Shown piece by piece: positions 1-12,595 of a stretch of DNA of 64,000 nucleotides. Source of the stretch: Fistulifera solaris (taxonomy: Eukaryota); assembly GCA_030295235.1 (NCBI GenBank), contig AP026164.1, positions 1,116,001 through 1,180,000 on the forward strand. The letters are read 5' to 3'. Each line of letters begins with the position of its first letter. The stretch's first letter is position 1. Below the pieces are notes generated by a model. That model was not told the origin of the DNA and made no database searches. It saw only the letters and a list, made by a program, of their open reading frames with translations. The position numbers and the translations under genes were made by a program.

Positions 1-123
1 TTTCTCTCAATAAGAGACGATAATGTGGTGGGAAAGGGAAATGGACGATGAGCGTTCATGGTCGACGAGCGCTGTCTTTGTCATGCGAGACAGTCCTTAT
101 CCAATGGATGCTTTGTAAAACAT

Positions 124-1175
124 TCAATCAACTCTGAATTCTTGAAGTGCCTTGAAATATTCTTCGTCAATCTTGCCTTCGCCGTCCTCTCCGTCTTCAG
201 GATCGTATGTTACTCTGGGTTGATATTCTGGATAGTCTCGCCAGCTTATTGCATCCTCGACTCGCGCTTCATTCCATGGTATAGATACTAAAATGTCTCG
301 AAGACTCCGTTCAACAATATCAAGACAAAAACTGCTTCATATGGTTCCAGTACTCCCAGCATGAATTGCAGCTCGTCCAGTGCCTCTTGGGCATCCGCCA
401 AAGCCCCACAATGTCTCCACGCACAGGATCCCCAATCAAAGCCAACAATACCTTCCCCCGACTCTCGAATCAATGGCTCATCGATTGCCCGTCGCAGGAA
501 GCTAGCGGCTGGTTCCAGCTGAGTCAATGGCTCGGAGATAAGTTCAAGGCGAATCAATTCCCATTGATAGTCGTCGGCCAATCCTTTTAATCTCGTCACA
601 CATTTCAAACATTTTAGCACAGTACTGATTGCCTGCTGTTGATCCATCGTTGTTGATACACTGTCTCGCCACCGACGAACTCTATCTTGTCGATGCGTCA
701 ACATAACTTCGTTGTAAGAAAGAATTCGATCATTGAGCTCATCTTGGTGACGGAGACCCGCGCGTTGTTCGCGTCCAAAACCCAGTCCGTGAATGGTATG
801 CGCCCCGAATGTGTGTTCCCAATTTTGCGATGTTCTGTGTCTGGATGGCAAAACATTCGTGCATAGCAAATCCTCCCAGGAAATGAATAATAATGCCATT
901 AAGGTAGATTGGAGTATAAATAATGACAATGGCGCGATCAATTTGAACCGTTGAATGAACTTGGAAGTCTCCAGATCTGTTTGTAAAGTCAATTGGGATG
1001 ATCGTTCTTCTGAGAACGGAGATTTTGAGAAGTACAGAAATCGTCGTCTTCTTCGCGATTGCCAAGACGAAGACGCAAATGAGAGGCCCCATTGAAATGA
1101 TGCTTCGACCGAGGGAACTTTTAAAGATAGCACCGTCGCGCTCACGCTACAACACAGCGCTTGACTCGCTCGCAT
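124..1175 (-). CDS. Hypothetical protein, possibly plastid-targeted, one TM segment
   Basis: 295-aa ORF with a hydrophobic N-terminus and VEASF followed by an S/R-rich stretch. Adding one T to the T-run at ~327-331 gives a continuous C-terminus (FCLDIVERSLRDILVSIPW...LQEFRVD*) ending at TGA 124-126. Confidence 0.6.
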
Positions 1176-1299
1176 CTTTGGGGCAAATTGTTGAACCTAA
1201 CCAGAAATCAAATAATGCTTGGTAAATGACGAATGAATAAGAAGGGACGGGAAGAAATAAGTTTTCTTTTTCGTCATTGCGCAGCCTACCTCCAATGGC

Positions 1300-1380
1300 G
1301 TTAGGGGTTAGAGGTTAGGTTAGAGATCCAAGTCGTAAGTCGTAAGTCGTACAGTACTAAGTCGTACCAGGTAAGTCGTA
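1300..1380. repeat. Degenerate TTAGGG-like tract followed by five AAGTCGT heptamers
   Basis: gttaggggttagaggttaggttagag at 1300-1325; AAGTCGT at 1330, 1337, 1344, 1359 and 1373. Confidence 0.75.
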
Positions 1381-1571
1381 GATACGGAGTATAATATTAT
1401 GTCGGAATCTGGAATCTTTTTCCACCGAATCTACAAGTATCGCGGGGGGAGAAACGACCTCCACGTCTTGTACTTTCTTTGAGATAGACACACCTCCCCT
1501 CAATCAACCTCAACGGATTGAAACGCAGGCGAACAAGACAAGCAAATCGAAACCCCTTGCATTTGTTGTTC

Positions 1572-4500
1572 ATGGACATCTCGTATCTTGTAAATCAATT
1601 TCAATTCTTCCTTTCTATTTCATAAAAAGCTACTGCGTGAAACAGTGAATCATGAAGACTCATCTGTCGCATATCATGCCGGTTTGGCGAGCCAGCGAGA
1701 TCTTGACGCGTCCCATCGTGCACCGCATCGTCCGCACCTTACTCAGTCTCCGCCGCAACTCGAATCCAAGCAGTTCGGGGGATCTTACCGGCGAATTAGA
1801 AAACTTAGTCGATGCATTGTTCTTTAAACCTTTGCATGAGATTGTTTCTTCGCCGATGGCTGGTGAGGCTCCCGTTCCACCGGGGATTGAGGGGGCCATG
1901 AACAAGTGGTTGAAAACAAGACAATTAGCACTCGATAAGGCAACATTGATTCAGTTCCTTGTACCGATGAATGTACATCCGCATTCGGGGTCTTCGGGTC
2001 ATATGGGACTCTTTGACTGCTTTGTTTACACGTTACAAGGACACTCGTCGTCATCTTCGTCCTCCTATTACGGAGGAGCGATGGGTCAACTGGTTCTGCT
2101 TCCGGATGTATTAATTTATTTGGCAGTCTGCAAGCAGTATAGAGACTTTCAAAAGAACAAGCCCGCATTCGAGCGCAGGCTACGGCTGTGAAAGACGAAG
2201 AGAGAGTGGCGAGTAGTGACCATGACAAAATTATCGTCACCATGGCGTTACTCGCCTACAGGATGTATGATAGCTATCAAAAGAAAGGGAATGTCGCTCG
2301 AGACACCGTTCATCGGTATATGACAGATGTACATGGCGAAAATTCTTACAAGGAACCGAAAGCGCAAGCGCTGCTGGATCAGATTTTCGATGATACGATA
2401 CACGCCGCGGGATGGTTGCAAAAATCGATTTCGGAGTCGACTTTTTGTGCCAGGATTCTTTCGACGCACATTGGGCGACCTCATTTGCTACTGGATTGGA
2501 TGGCGAATTTGGCGTGTGCTATGATTCCTCCAACAGAAGATATCCCGCTATCGATTGCCGCTTTTCTGGAGACGATGGAACAGAAGCCACGGTCCTTGTG
2601 TGACATATACTCTTTGGCAGACAGCCGGATTTTTGAAATTAAACGAAGATTTCACTCAATGGTACAAAGCAAGTCGGAAGTCATTCATGGTGATCCGATG
2701 GGATCAGCCGCTGATTGCAATGGAAATGGCCCTTCGTCAACGTCACTTGAACAACCGTCGGAAAGTTTAAACCAGCCTAAGCAAGGCATTTCGATGAAAG
2801 CCTTTTGTAGAGCCTTGTCTTCGGAAAACGAAGAGCTGGGACATGGAGGTTACATGCAAGAATCTCTCGCAAAACTAGTTTTCGCAGGCGTGGCCTCCAG
2901 TAGCAGTTCTGAGCAGAATGGATATGATCTAGATACGGAAGGCAAAATTTCTTACCTGACGCTTTTTGATGTTTTAAAGTTTGGCTGCACTGCTGTTAGG
3001 CAGAATAAGAGCATGGATGAGAGCACAGACCTCCCACTCTTGCGGTTTCTATACCGCGTTTTTCAGCACGACGAAAATAGCGGTAACAATTCTACACAAT
3101 TTTCTTCGGATAGGGGCAACATGACCGATTCGAAAGGTGTAATGACCAGGTTTCATGTTGCCCGGATGCTTGTGGAATTGATGGATTTTTCTGACTTTCG
3201 GCTCGAACGTGATAGTCCAAGGGACATGGACTTATCTCCGGAAGACAACATTCAAATAGTCAAGTCATTAAGAGAACCGCTTGAGGAGTCAATAATCGAC
3301 GTTGAAGAGTGCGTATTTCAGGGTCTGATGCCTCCTACAGAAAGCGAGACGAGCACTGTTACATTGAGGGAAATAGTTGATCTCGTGTTAGAAGACACTT
3401 CTGTACCGAACCAAATGAACTTCGATGAGTTTTGCAAATGGAACGAAACGCGATTCTCGGAAAAAGGACCGCCCTCTCGCTTAGGGCAACTCATGCTAGA
3501 ACTGCGCATAGTGGCTGGAGTTCTTTTCGGTATTCCTCCGACTCTTGCATCAATGGAAATCGCCCTTGTTGCAGAATTGGAAAGGCGGCATCGAAGCAGA
3601 TATCCTCAGACGGAAGTATCACGTCGCGGTCCCCGAGGGACTGTTTGGAATATTATAGATTCCGCTTGGTTTGGAGATTGGACCAATTTGGTAAAACAGG
3701 CATCTGGGACGCCTTCTGATGGCAACGATGGAAGGGGTGTCAAGGATGGTGCTCTCGTCAGAGGCCTACGCCGAATAAGTAATACGGGTTTGTTATCAGA
3801 GAATGGTAGTCTGGCTCTGCGCTCGGATATTCGTTGGAAGCACGATTATGACATTTTGCCGCCAATGTCTTGGTCTGCGCTCCAGGCATGGTACGATGGT
3901 GGTCCGCCAATACACCGTACGGTGGTCAAATACGTATCAAGCTCTGGGACAGCTTCTCCGCATACGAAAACGCCGAGAATTATGACGGAGAATGAAATTG
4001 AGCTGCATCCTCTTTTCATTTCCATATACATGTGCGATGCAGCTTCTAGAGGCGACGCTCGACCATTCCAGCAAAATTATCAGGTCAGCAGGGTTAGCCC
4101 AGTGGGGGTGCTCTTGGTTCAGCTTTGTCGCGAGCTTGAAATAAATCTTTCTTCTGCGAGAATTTGGATGCTAAGTGCTGAGCCTGGCACAGCCGAAGAG
4201 AGAAGCAGTAGCCCCGATTGGATACTTGATCTTGATTCCAGTATTTCGGACCAGCGTAAGAAGCGTAACACTACCGATAGTTCAAGGATGTCTCTTCTTT
4301 TAGAAGTAAAAGACGACAAGACGGGGCTCTGGCCACGTGGTATTGATGGGAAGGAATGGGCGTTCAAGAAGAGGTCGGAGGAGGACCGCGTTTTTCCCGA
4401 AATTGGGGATGGAGTTGTTGGATTATATAATATGGGGTAAGTGCGACTGGGGATGCGATAACATGCACTTTGAAAAATCACTTCTAATCCGGCTACTTTC

Positions 4501-6924
4501 TGGACGCAGGAACACGTGCTATTTGAACTCTCCAATACAGTGCATCAGCCACACGCCCATATTTCGGGAGTATTTCACATCAAGAGCATATCTTAAGGAC
4601 ATTAACACAACAAACCCTCTCGGATACGAAGGGCATCTGGCGCAAGTTACCGCCATCCTGATTAACTCGCTGTGGAAGCGCTTTGGTAACCAATCATCTA
4701 CAACAGGCCACATGAAACGTATTACAACACCAGGGTCGTACGCTCCAGTGAACTCGCCTGCTCTGACACCGAAGACCTTTAAAGATTCGCTTGCAAAATT
4801 TAACGACCACTTTCAAGGTAACGAACAGCACGATGCACAAGAGTTCTTGACGTTTCTTTTGGGTGGTCTTTCAGAGGATCTGAATCGCATTGTGGAAAAG
4901 CCATACATCGAAGCTCCCGATTCAGATGGACGACCAGACAGCGAACTGGCTGACATATGGTGGGCAAATCATTTGAAGAGGGAAATGTCAATTGTCGTCG
5001 CCTTTTTTACCGGCCAGTTCAAAAGTCTGCTTACATGTCGCACTTGCCTGTACGAAAGCGCAAGATTTGAACCATATCTATATTTACAACTGCCCCTACC
5101 CGAAGATGATTATCTTGCTGTCTCACTGATTCTTTATGCGAGACGAGGTGGGGAGAGCCGATGAAGTATTGTGTAAGGGTTCATGTAGATGGAACCCTTG
5201 GAGACGTTTTGATAGCATTAGCAAAGGTGCTTGTTGACGAAGAGATTGAAGAGTCAGCAAATTCAAATGAACAGCCGGAAAAATCTGTTGATGACATTGA
5301 GCAGGTTTACCAAGACAGGGCAGGTGACCTCGCTGTGGTTGATATGAAGGATTGCTACATATCGAAAATTGCCCCGGTAAGTTTGGCTCGTGACGTAAAA
5401 CCCTGAAATTTTATATTCTCATGTCTTACTTCAACCTTAAAGAAATCGTGGGTACTTCGCGATCTTCAAAACAAGGATTCTGGTGAATTACCGTTGCTTC
5501 ATATTTTTGAATTAGATCCGATTCCGGCCTCCGGTGCTGTAGGAGAACCAGAGGATAAAACGTTGGGTAACGGGAACGATAACGAACAATTGAACAACGG
5601 CGAAACGAATCATGCACAAAGGAACGTTGCATTCTTGGCCGTATCTCAACGAAGATCCGAGCTCATTACACATGACTACTTACACCCACTTGGTCACCGC
5701 CTGATAGGAGTCCCTCTTTTGATTCGCGTGAACAATTTTAGCTCTTGTACAGGATGTGCTCTTTATGACATAATAGCTCGCAAGATTAGGGACTTCGTTC
5801 CAAAGTCCGCTCTTCGGTTCCTTTCAGAAAGCGCCATGAAGTCAGAGACCCAGCATATGGACGAGTCGGTAACAGCAGAAACAAGGACGTACACGGATAC
5901 GGAAGATGTGTCCGGTGGACCCGTTCCTCGGTACGGATTTCGTCTTCGAATAACAACCAGAGATGGCAAACGTTGCCCAAGTTGTCCTTGGTATGAATGT
6001 TGCATCGGTTGTTTGATTTATGACAACGACAAGACAACTGACGTCATGGATGGTGATAGTATTGCGGTTGACTGGCATTTTGCCGTAGATGTAGCGACAT
6101 CAGGGTTTGGTATGAGGCCCTATGCAGGAGATCCTGTCGTGAGCCAGCCACAACAAGCACGTGCTAGGCAAGCCATGGTTAATTTAAAATGTCACAGGTC
6201 TTGTGGAACCGGCGAAAGAAAGAGTATGCATGCAGGCTCTGTCACGCTTGAAGATTGCCTTGATGCATTCGCTAAAGAGGAGAAAATTCCTGAGGCGTAC
6301 TGCTCAAGATGCAAAGATTTTCGGGTACAGACGAAGCGTATGAGCTTATGGCGCCTTCCTCCAGTTGTCATTATCCATCTGAAACGTTTTCAATTCACAC
6401 AGCATATGCGGAGAAAGCTTCGTGACTTGGTTGTATTTCCAATCGAAGGTCTTGATCTGTCTCGCATTATGGCAGAGGAGTCGAAGGGATCAACTAAAAG
6501 CGAGAAAGATACGTCAGCAATTTCGAATGATGCCTTGGAATCAGAATTAGCTGAAGAGAAGGTTGACGAGGATGGTGACGAGCCAAGCGAAAAGCAGTCT
6601 ATCAAAGACGATGGTCGATCTGAGAAACTTTATGACTTATACGGAGTAGTTCATCATCAAGGTGCACTATCTGGTGGTCATTACGTTGCGTCACTTAAAT
6701 CAGAGATTGACGGACAGTGGCGATTGTACAACGATGCTCAAATTTATGAAATTCACGCTAGAGACGTTGTTGATTCGAGCGCGTATATTTTGTTTTACAT
6801 GCGAAGGGATGTTCGAAATGCAAAACTCTCCGATTTCTGGGACGTCCGTGATGGTGCTGGTGTCAGCGAGGAAGAAATCGACAAAATGATAAAAGAGAAG
6901 GCTGGTCGTTGTGTCATTAGTTAA
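1572..6924 (+). CDS. USP32: Ubiquitin-specific protease, USP32-like (EF-hand-like region, DUSP, split USP domain, C-terminal CaaX)
   Basis: Cys box GLYNMG|NTCYLNS is joined across intron ~4437-4510. Also QHDAQEFL, His box YGVVHHQGALSGGHYVA, DUSP-like WSALQAWYDGGPPI and C-terminal CVIS*. Second intron ~5377-5442; frameshifts at ~1712, ~2152 and ~5150; start approximate. Confidence 0.85.
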
Positions 6925-7011
6925 GGGTACATAGCGGTTTTAAAAGCTTGCCTTTAACTTTAGCGCGCACCATTAGCCCTTTGTGAAGAAAGGAACATGC
7001 CTTTTGCTCTA

Positions 7012-8067
7012 TCATATGCCAATGCTCTGCATTAAATCTTGCCACCACCACAAAAGACGAGATGTGAGGTTTGGACCTTCAAATTCCTCTTCGAAAATTG
7101 AAAACTCTTCTTCTTCCGCATTACCGGCCCCACCTCGTAAGCGTTTCCTACGTTTTATATCGGGAAAGACAGATAAAAAGTGATTCCCTGCCGCCATTTG
7201 CTGACCTGGTTGAATGTCAGGAAAACGAGAATCGGCCGACAATATGTGCAGCGCTCTTTTCCATCAAACCGTGGTGAGCCGAAGCAAGCCATCCGTTTCA
7301 AAACAAATGTAAGTTTCTTTGGCTGATCCTTGTCACTTGATCTTTTTCCTGCAATGTCACTTGCACTCAGACTCTCCACCGTAAGTTCGTACACATGAAT
7401 AGGTCGCTGTAGGATATTACTCAAAGCGACAATTTCGGGCCCACCGCCCCTTCAAGCAAAGGTCAGTAACAATTAGTTGCAATAACACCGTAATTATTGC
7501 ACGTTCCAGTACCTACCACACACAATCCTCTTCCATCGTTGCACAATATTCTTCCGGAGTCAGATCATATTGTTGTGCAGCTGAAGTGACTAATTCGATT
7601 GCGCGCAAGGATTCTCGTCCCTGCAAAAACAATTTTCGATTTTTCTGTCGCAAACAGGCCACCGCTTTGGCTCGCAGGCTTCGAGAATGCTCGTACAATT
7701 CATCCAAACGATTGGGCATATCCCAATGAGTCCCGTTCACCGCATATTGTAGGCACAGACTGAGCGCATGAAACAAGCAGTTCCCATCACCGGGCACTTG
7801 CCGAATCTGGCAGGGATGGTTGGTGTGATAGACGGTACGCAAACGAAGTTCTTCTTCCCAATCGCCCTTCTTACGGCGGAAAAGTCCTTTTAAAAATCCT
7901 TTTTCATCAATGACAGCACTTGGATTCCATGGAAGTTGATCTATATTATTTCTTCGGCGCGATGATGGAGAGAATGCATGTTGTTGTGACGATCGGGGAA
8001 GGCTGTTCCGACTGAACGCAATCGGAAGCGCTGCAGCCGCCACGAACAACGATAAAAGCTTTCTCAT
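7012..8067 (-). CDS. OTU-family cysteine protease/deubiquitinase with N-terminal signal peptide
   Basis: VPGDGNCLFHAL catalytic motif; W|GGGPEI across intron 7450-7516; GNHF His motif; homopolymer frameshift ~7258; signal-like MRKLLSLFVAAAALPIAFS. Confidence 0.85.
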
Positions 8068-8234
8068 CGTGATAAGGAAGAGCTACAGTCAACGTGTGGC
8101 TCAGTGAGAGGGTTATAGATGTTGATTATTTATTTGTCGAAGGGTGTCGTCAATAAAACCCACCCCTGTCAATACAACAGCCAACACCTTCAACGAGACA
8201 CGAACTGTTTCGTGACTCACTCGATCATGGGAGG

Positions 8235-8272
8235 TTTCACGTTTACGTTCACGTTCACGGCTATCACGTTGG
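8235..8272. repeat. Short tandem TTCACG/ACGTT repeats in a divergent promoter
   Basis: tttcacgtttacgttcacgttcacggctatcacgttgg lies between the OTU and F-box starts. Confidence 0.5.
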
Positions 8273-8496
8273 CTACAATTATACTGAGTAGAAAAGAACT
8301 TTTGTATGTGTTGAGTGCCGAAAGGCGATGATACAGTATAGTAGTACGAGGAACGTCGTTTTTACGACGTGCAAGAGTTGTTGCAACTGCTAAACCGAAT
8401 GAATACAATCTGACGTCTGGAAAACTTTGAGCAGCCTTTCTAAACAATAAACAAGATATCCTTGATTATCGCTATTTCTCCTGCTAAAAGGGCATT

Positions 8497-11400
8497 ATGA
8501 ACCCAGAAAAGCACGCCGACGATTTATATGCTCCCGAATGGATCATGAAGGGCTCCTCTCCATGGAAGCGAGAGGACTCGTCCTCGTCCATTTTCGACCC
8601 TCTGGGAACTCCGGCTTCACATTTAGAACACTTGTCTGACTCTGTCACCTCTTTAATTTTCTCTTATCTGAAGCTTGGGGAAATTGTTCAGCTCAGTCTC
8701 GTTTCAAAATGCCTGCGCAAAGCTACTCGATCTCAGGAACTTTGGAAGCATCTCATGACGTATCGATGGAATACATCGAAGCAAAGCGATCAAGGCATAT
8801 CGGATTATTACACTGCATACCGCCATGCACACTTGAATCCTCATGATCTGTGGGTCACACATTGGAATATTTCTTTTCCTTGCGATGGTGTCGCTCCCGG
8901 ACGATGTTGTATACCCGAGGAACGAAACGCAATACGTCGTCGACGAAAGAAAAAAAGAAACTTGCGAAGATCCCTTGAAATCGTGTCCCCTTTGTCGAAA
9001 CTGGAGAGATCTTGATAACCTTGTTAACAACAACTCTATAATCACCGAAAAGACACCACGACAAGCAATGGCGATCGCAACTGGTTGTACACGTCACAAA
9101 TGCTGGCAACCTCCTTCGCAGCTGGATGAAGGCATGTCGCCCGATGCTGCTACACAGGCTTTTGCGTGTGCTGGAACATTTCACCGGAAACTGAAAACCG
9201 ATCAGTACAGATCAGACTCGACGAGCTTCTTGACGGATTTGCTTTTCTTTAACATTACTGATCCAGCCACGGAAGCTGGACAATGGGAACTAAATCAATT
9301 GCTTCAAGAGGCTCTGAGTGATACGATGAATCATGGTATCGATAGGAGACCGACAAGCGATGCCATGCACGAGACATCTCATCATTCGTGGTACATATGT
9401 CGCTTGTCCAATCCCGACTTTTACCGTCCCCTTGTTTTTCAGACTGGAATCCAAAGGCCAGAATGTTTCGCGGTGTACCCTTCGGAGGGTTACATTGAAC
9501 CCGGAGAGTCTATTTTTCTGACAGTGAGCATACGCCCGTTGGGCAGTGCCTTGGCCTATGCATTCGACGCTCTGAATGTTCAACGCGAAGGCCTAAACGC
9601 CGCATGGGCTGACTTATACACAGAAGAAGCCCATTTGCCTATGGCACCCATTCTGATTCGTTACGCACATGCAGCTGTCCATCCCTGTAGGACCGATCCT
9701 CTTTATGATCCTTTTCGCCGGCAGCCTTACGATGAAGGGTCACACAATGTCGAAAGCACAGAAATGACCAGCAATAAGCGCTCACAACTCGAATACTACT
9801 GGAAACAGGTGACAGCTCTTCATGACTTCAGAACCATCCGTCTTTCAGTCCACGTTCATTCTCACTATAGCTACAGTGACTTCACGAGGGCTACATGCCA
9901 GCCTTGGAGTCGGGAAACTTACAACTCTGGACCTCTGTTTAATTCACCTCAGTTGAAAGAGCACTACTCTGAAACCTATTCGAAGCTCAACAATCCTCCT
10001 GATAAACTTAATTGGTGTGCCGAGAGTTCTATGCAGTATAGATTAGGTCCATTTCGCAGCGAAGAACCTTGTTTAGATTGCGGACGAACATGGGGACTTC
10101 GAGAAGAGGAGCTCGCACATGCATACTTCGTCCATCTTAATGATGCAGTGCAATTTATTGAGAAACGACGTTTAGTTTTGCGTAATTCGTTACGGTGTCT
10201 TGTTCGGATGTCTGAGGGCGATGGTGTATTGGGGAAGGGTGCGCGTCATTCACAGCTTCTCATTGCCGTGACCAACGTGTTGCACAGTATTAAAGCCGCG
10301 CCGTGGTCTGCCAAACAACAAAAACAAAGAGTGCTGCAGATTGAAGCAATTGTTGATAGTACGTATAGACAGATTCGGGTTGGTGCAACTGATGACTGGT
10401 CTACTTGGCGCCACGCGGGAGTTTATAGGTTTGCTTTATGCACAGACGCCGTGTTTCAAGGTCCGAACCTCGAGCATCGTAGTATCGATACAGAGTTCAA
10501 AGACGAGCCTGACTATCTCGATGCTTTTCGGCACTTGGCCCACAGGTGAGTTTCCAGACATTAAATTTTCTGACGACAGGTTCTATCTCTCATGAATGCG
10601 TCTCACGTGTATTCACAGTCCGGGTCACTTTTGCTTAGGTCCCCAGGAAGACCCCAATCATCTCTCGGAAGCTATTGTTGCTTCATCTAGGAAATACAGT
10701 AGGATACAGAAAGGCCCCGCAACAGATGTTTTTATGGATGACCCCGTTTTTGCTTTTCAAGTAGGAATTTGCATGATCAGAGATCCGAGGTCGCTATTGG
10801 TGCACGGCATTTACGATCGAATCAAATATCCGGGGACTGTGGTGCGGCGCCCAAGATTGTCTTACATAGAACACGAAGAACCGAGAGTGATCCGACCAAC
10901 TTCATTTGATCAATTGCAGCCTCTTGCAAAAACGAAGCTGAACTACTTTTGCCTTCAGGAATATCTTGACCAAACTACAATTTCCATACAGGACGAGCCA
11001 AGTTATCGAGTTAGATCTCTCGTTATCTATGAGGATGGAATACCGCCACCAGGAGTTGGTCGATTTCCCCTCAGCCAGAAATCACCTAACTTAGCAACAG
11101 TACTAAGTGATCCGATTCCTTTGAATATTGAAGATGACATAGAAGTCGGCAACTTACGCTCACAAGGTCCCGGAAACACCCGTGGTGCCGCTCGTCCACC
11201 ACCAGTGCGAGAACCAGTTGTGTTTGTGAATGACCGAGGTCCGCAAATCTTTCGACTTTTGTGGGTCCTTGGTGCTCAGCTGGGCTTAGCGGTTGTAGAT
11301 AGCCCTGACGACGCCTCTGTTTTCGTTGACCGTAATATACTCATTGCATCCCAGTGGGTGAGTATATCGCTGATGGCAGCTCCTCTCTTTTGGACGCTAT

Positions 11401-12508
11401 GTGCTCGTTTTTTCAATTAATACCGTCGCAACCTATAAATTATTCACTCGAAGATCTGCCCTTTCAGCTTCCAAACAAGATGAGGTTTCTCACGGAGAAG
11501 GAATGCGGTTGCTTTGCTCTGATACTTTTACTTGTTTGGCTCGCCCTCGGTAGATGGACCGAACGTCATGTTGGACGAGATTTCTTTCGCAGTATGCTTG
11601 AGCACGTGACACCACATGCCACAAATGAACGCATCACCCGGTTACAACGCTGGCAATTCCGCGTACTTGACTCGCTGCAACGTTGCTGGGACTGCTGCTG
11701 TCCTTTATTTCTACAGCGTCAAGTCTTCGCTCCACACTGGAACAGGCGATCCAGAGACGATCTCTGGAAGCACATCGCTTTTTGGAAAAGTCTTCAAGTA
11801 GAAGAGAAACGGAAATATGCCCGGCCAAGTTTACGGAACGGAGGCATATTCGAGGTCGGTGAAAACGAAATCTGTGAAATTAGTTGGAATGATTCTTCCA
11901 GCGTTAAAGTCGCTCTCGGACTGATAGTGGCCATTGGAAGTTTCTGTTCGAGTTCCCCTCATTTTTGGCTGAACTTGGTGACAATTTTTTCTTGCAGCAT
12001 CAGTCTGGGTATGAGTATTTCTCTTCACTCAATGGAGAAGGGAAGACCGGGACTCAATGTGAATAATACTGACTCCCTTCTCAAGTCCGTCAATCTTCCA
12101 ACAGTCGTCATCTTGGCGTTTCTTTTAGGACAATTAGTTGGAAGTTCTGGTGGAACGTTGTTTCTTGCCGAGTTTGTTGTCACATCGATCAGTTTGATTC
12201 TCGGAGGAGCAGGGACTATATCGACTGGCGCTATGGAGTCATGGGGCTGCTTCTTTTGCTTATCCTCCACTGCCTTTTGGGGGTACTTGTTCGGCAGAGT
12301 TGCCCTGATGGACGGCGTCAGACAAAAGCGAGGTGGCTACTCCTCTATTCTTTTGTCAAAAGCGGTTTTATTTCTCTTTCTCTTCTGGGGTTTGGTTTTC
12401 GCATTGACAAACTTTCCTTCCCCAGTCAGCCTGATGATAATTTTACCACAAATGCCAGCCGACACAAAACTTGCGCGGGACAAAGTATCAGCGAAACTAC
12501 TGCAGTAA
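8497..12508 (+). CDS. F-box protein with MSP/PapD-like domain and C-terminal multi-pass membrane region
   Basis: F-box-like LEHLSDSVTSLIFSYLKLGEIVQLSLVSKCLR...ELWK; MSP-like FAVYPSEGYIEPGES; several hydrophobic segments in the last ~450 aa; intron ~10546-10618; frameshifts ~8950 and ~11410. Confidence 0.65.
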
Positions 12509-12595
12509 GTCAGTTTTACTTCGTAGTAGTGAATTTTAATTGATAACACGGATTATACGACCAAGATGCTAAATGCTACTGCTTCGGACTAATCG

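Noticed and set aside
1300..1325. Chromosome end/telomere
   Set aside because: Only about four degenerate units, with genes on both sides.
1330..1380. Possible CRISPR-like repeat array
   Set aside because: 7-bp units without unique 30-40-bp spacers, no cas genes, eukaryotic context.
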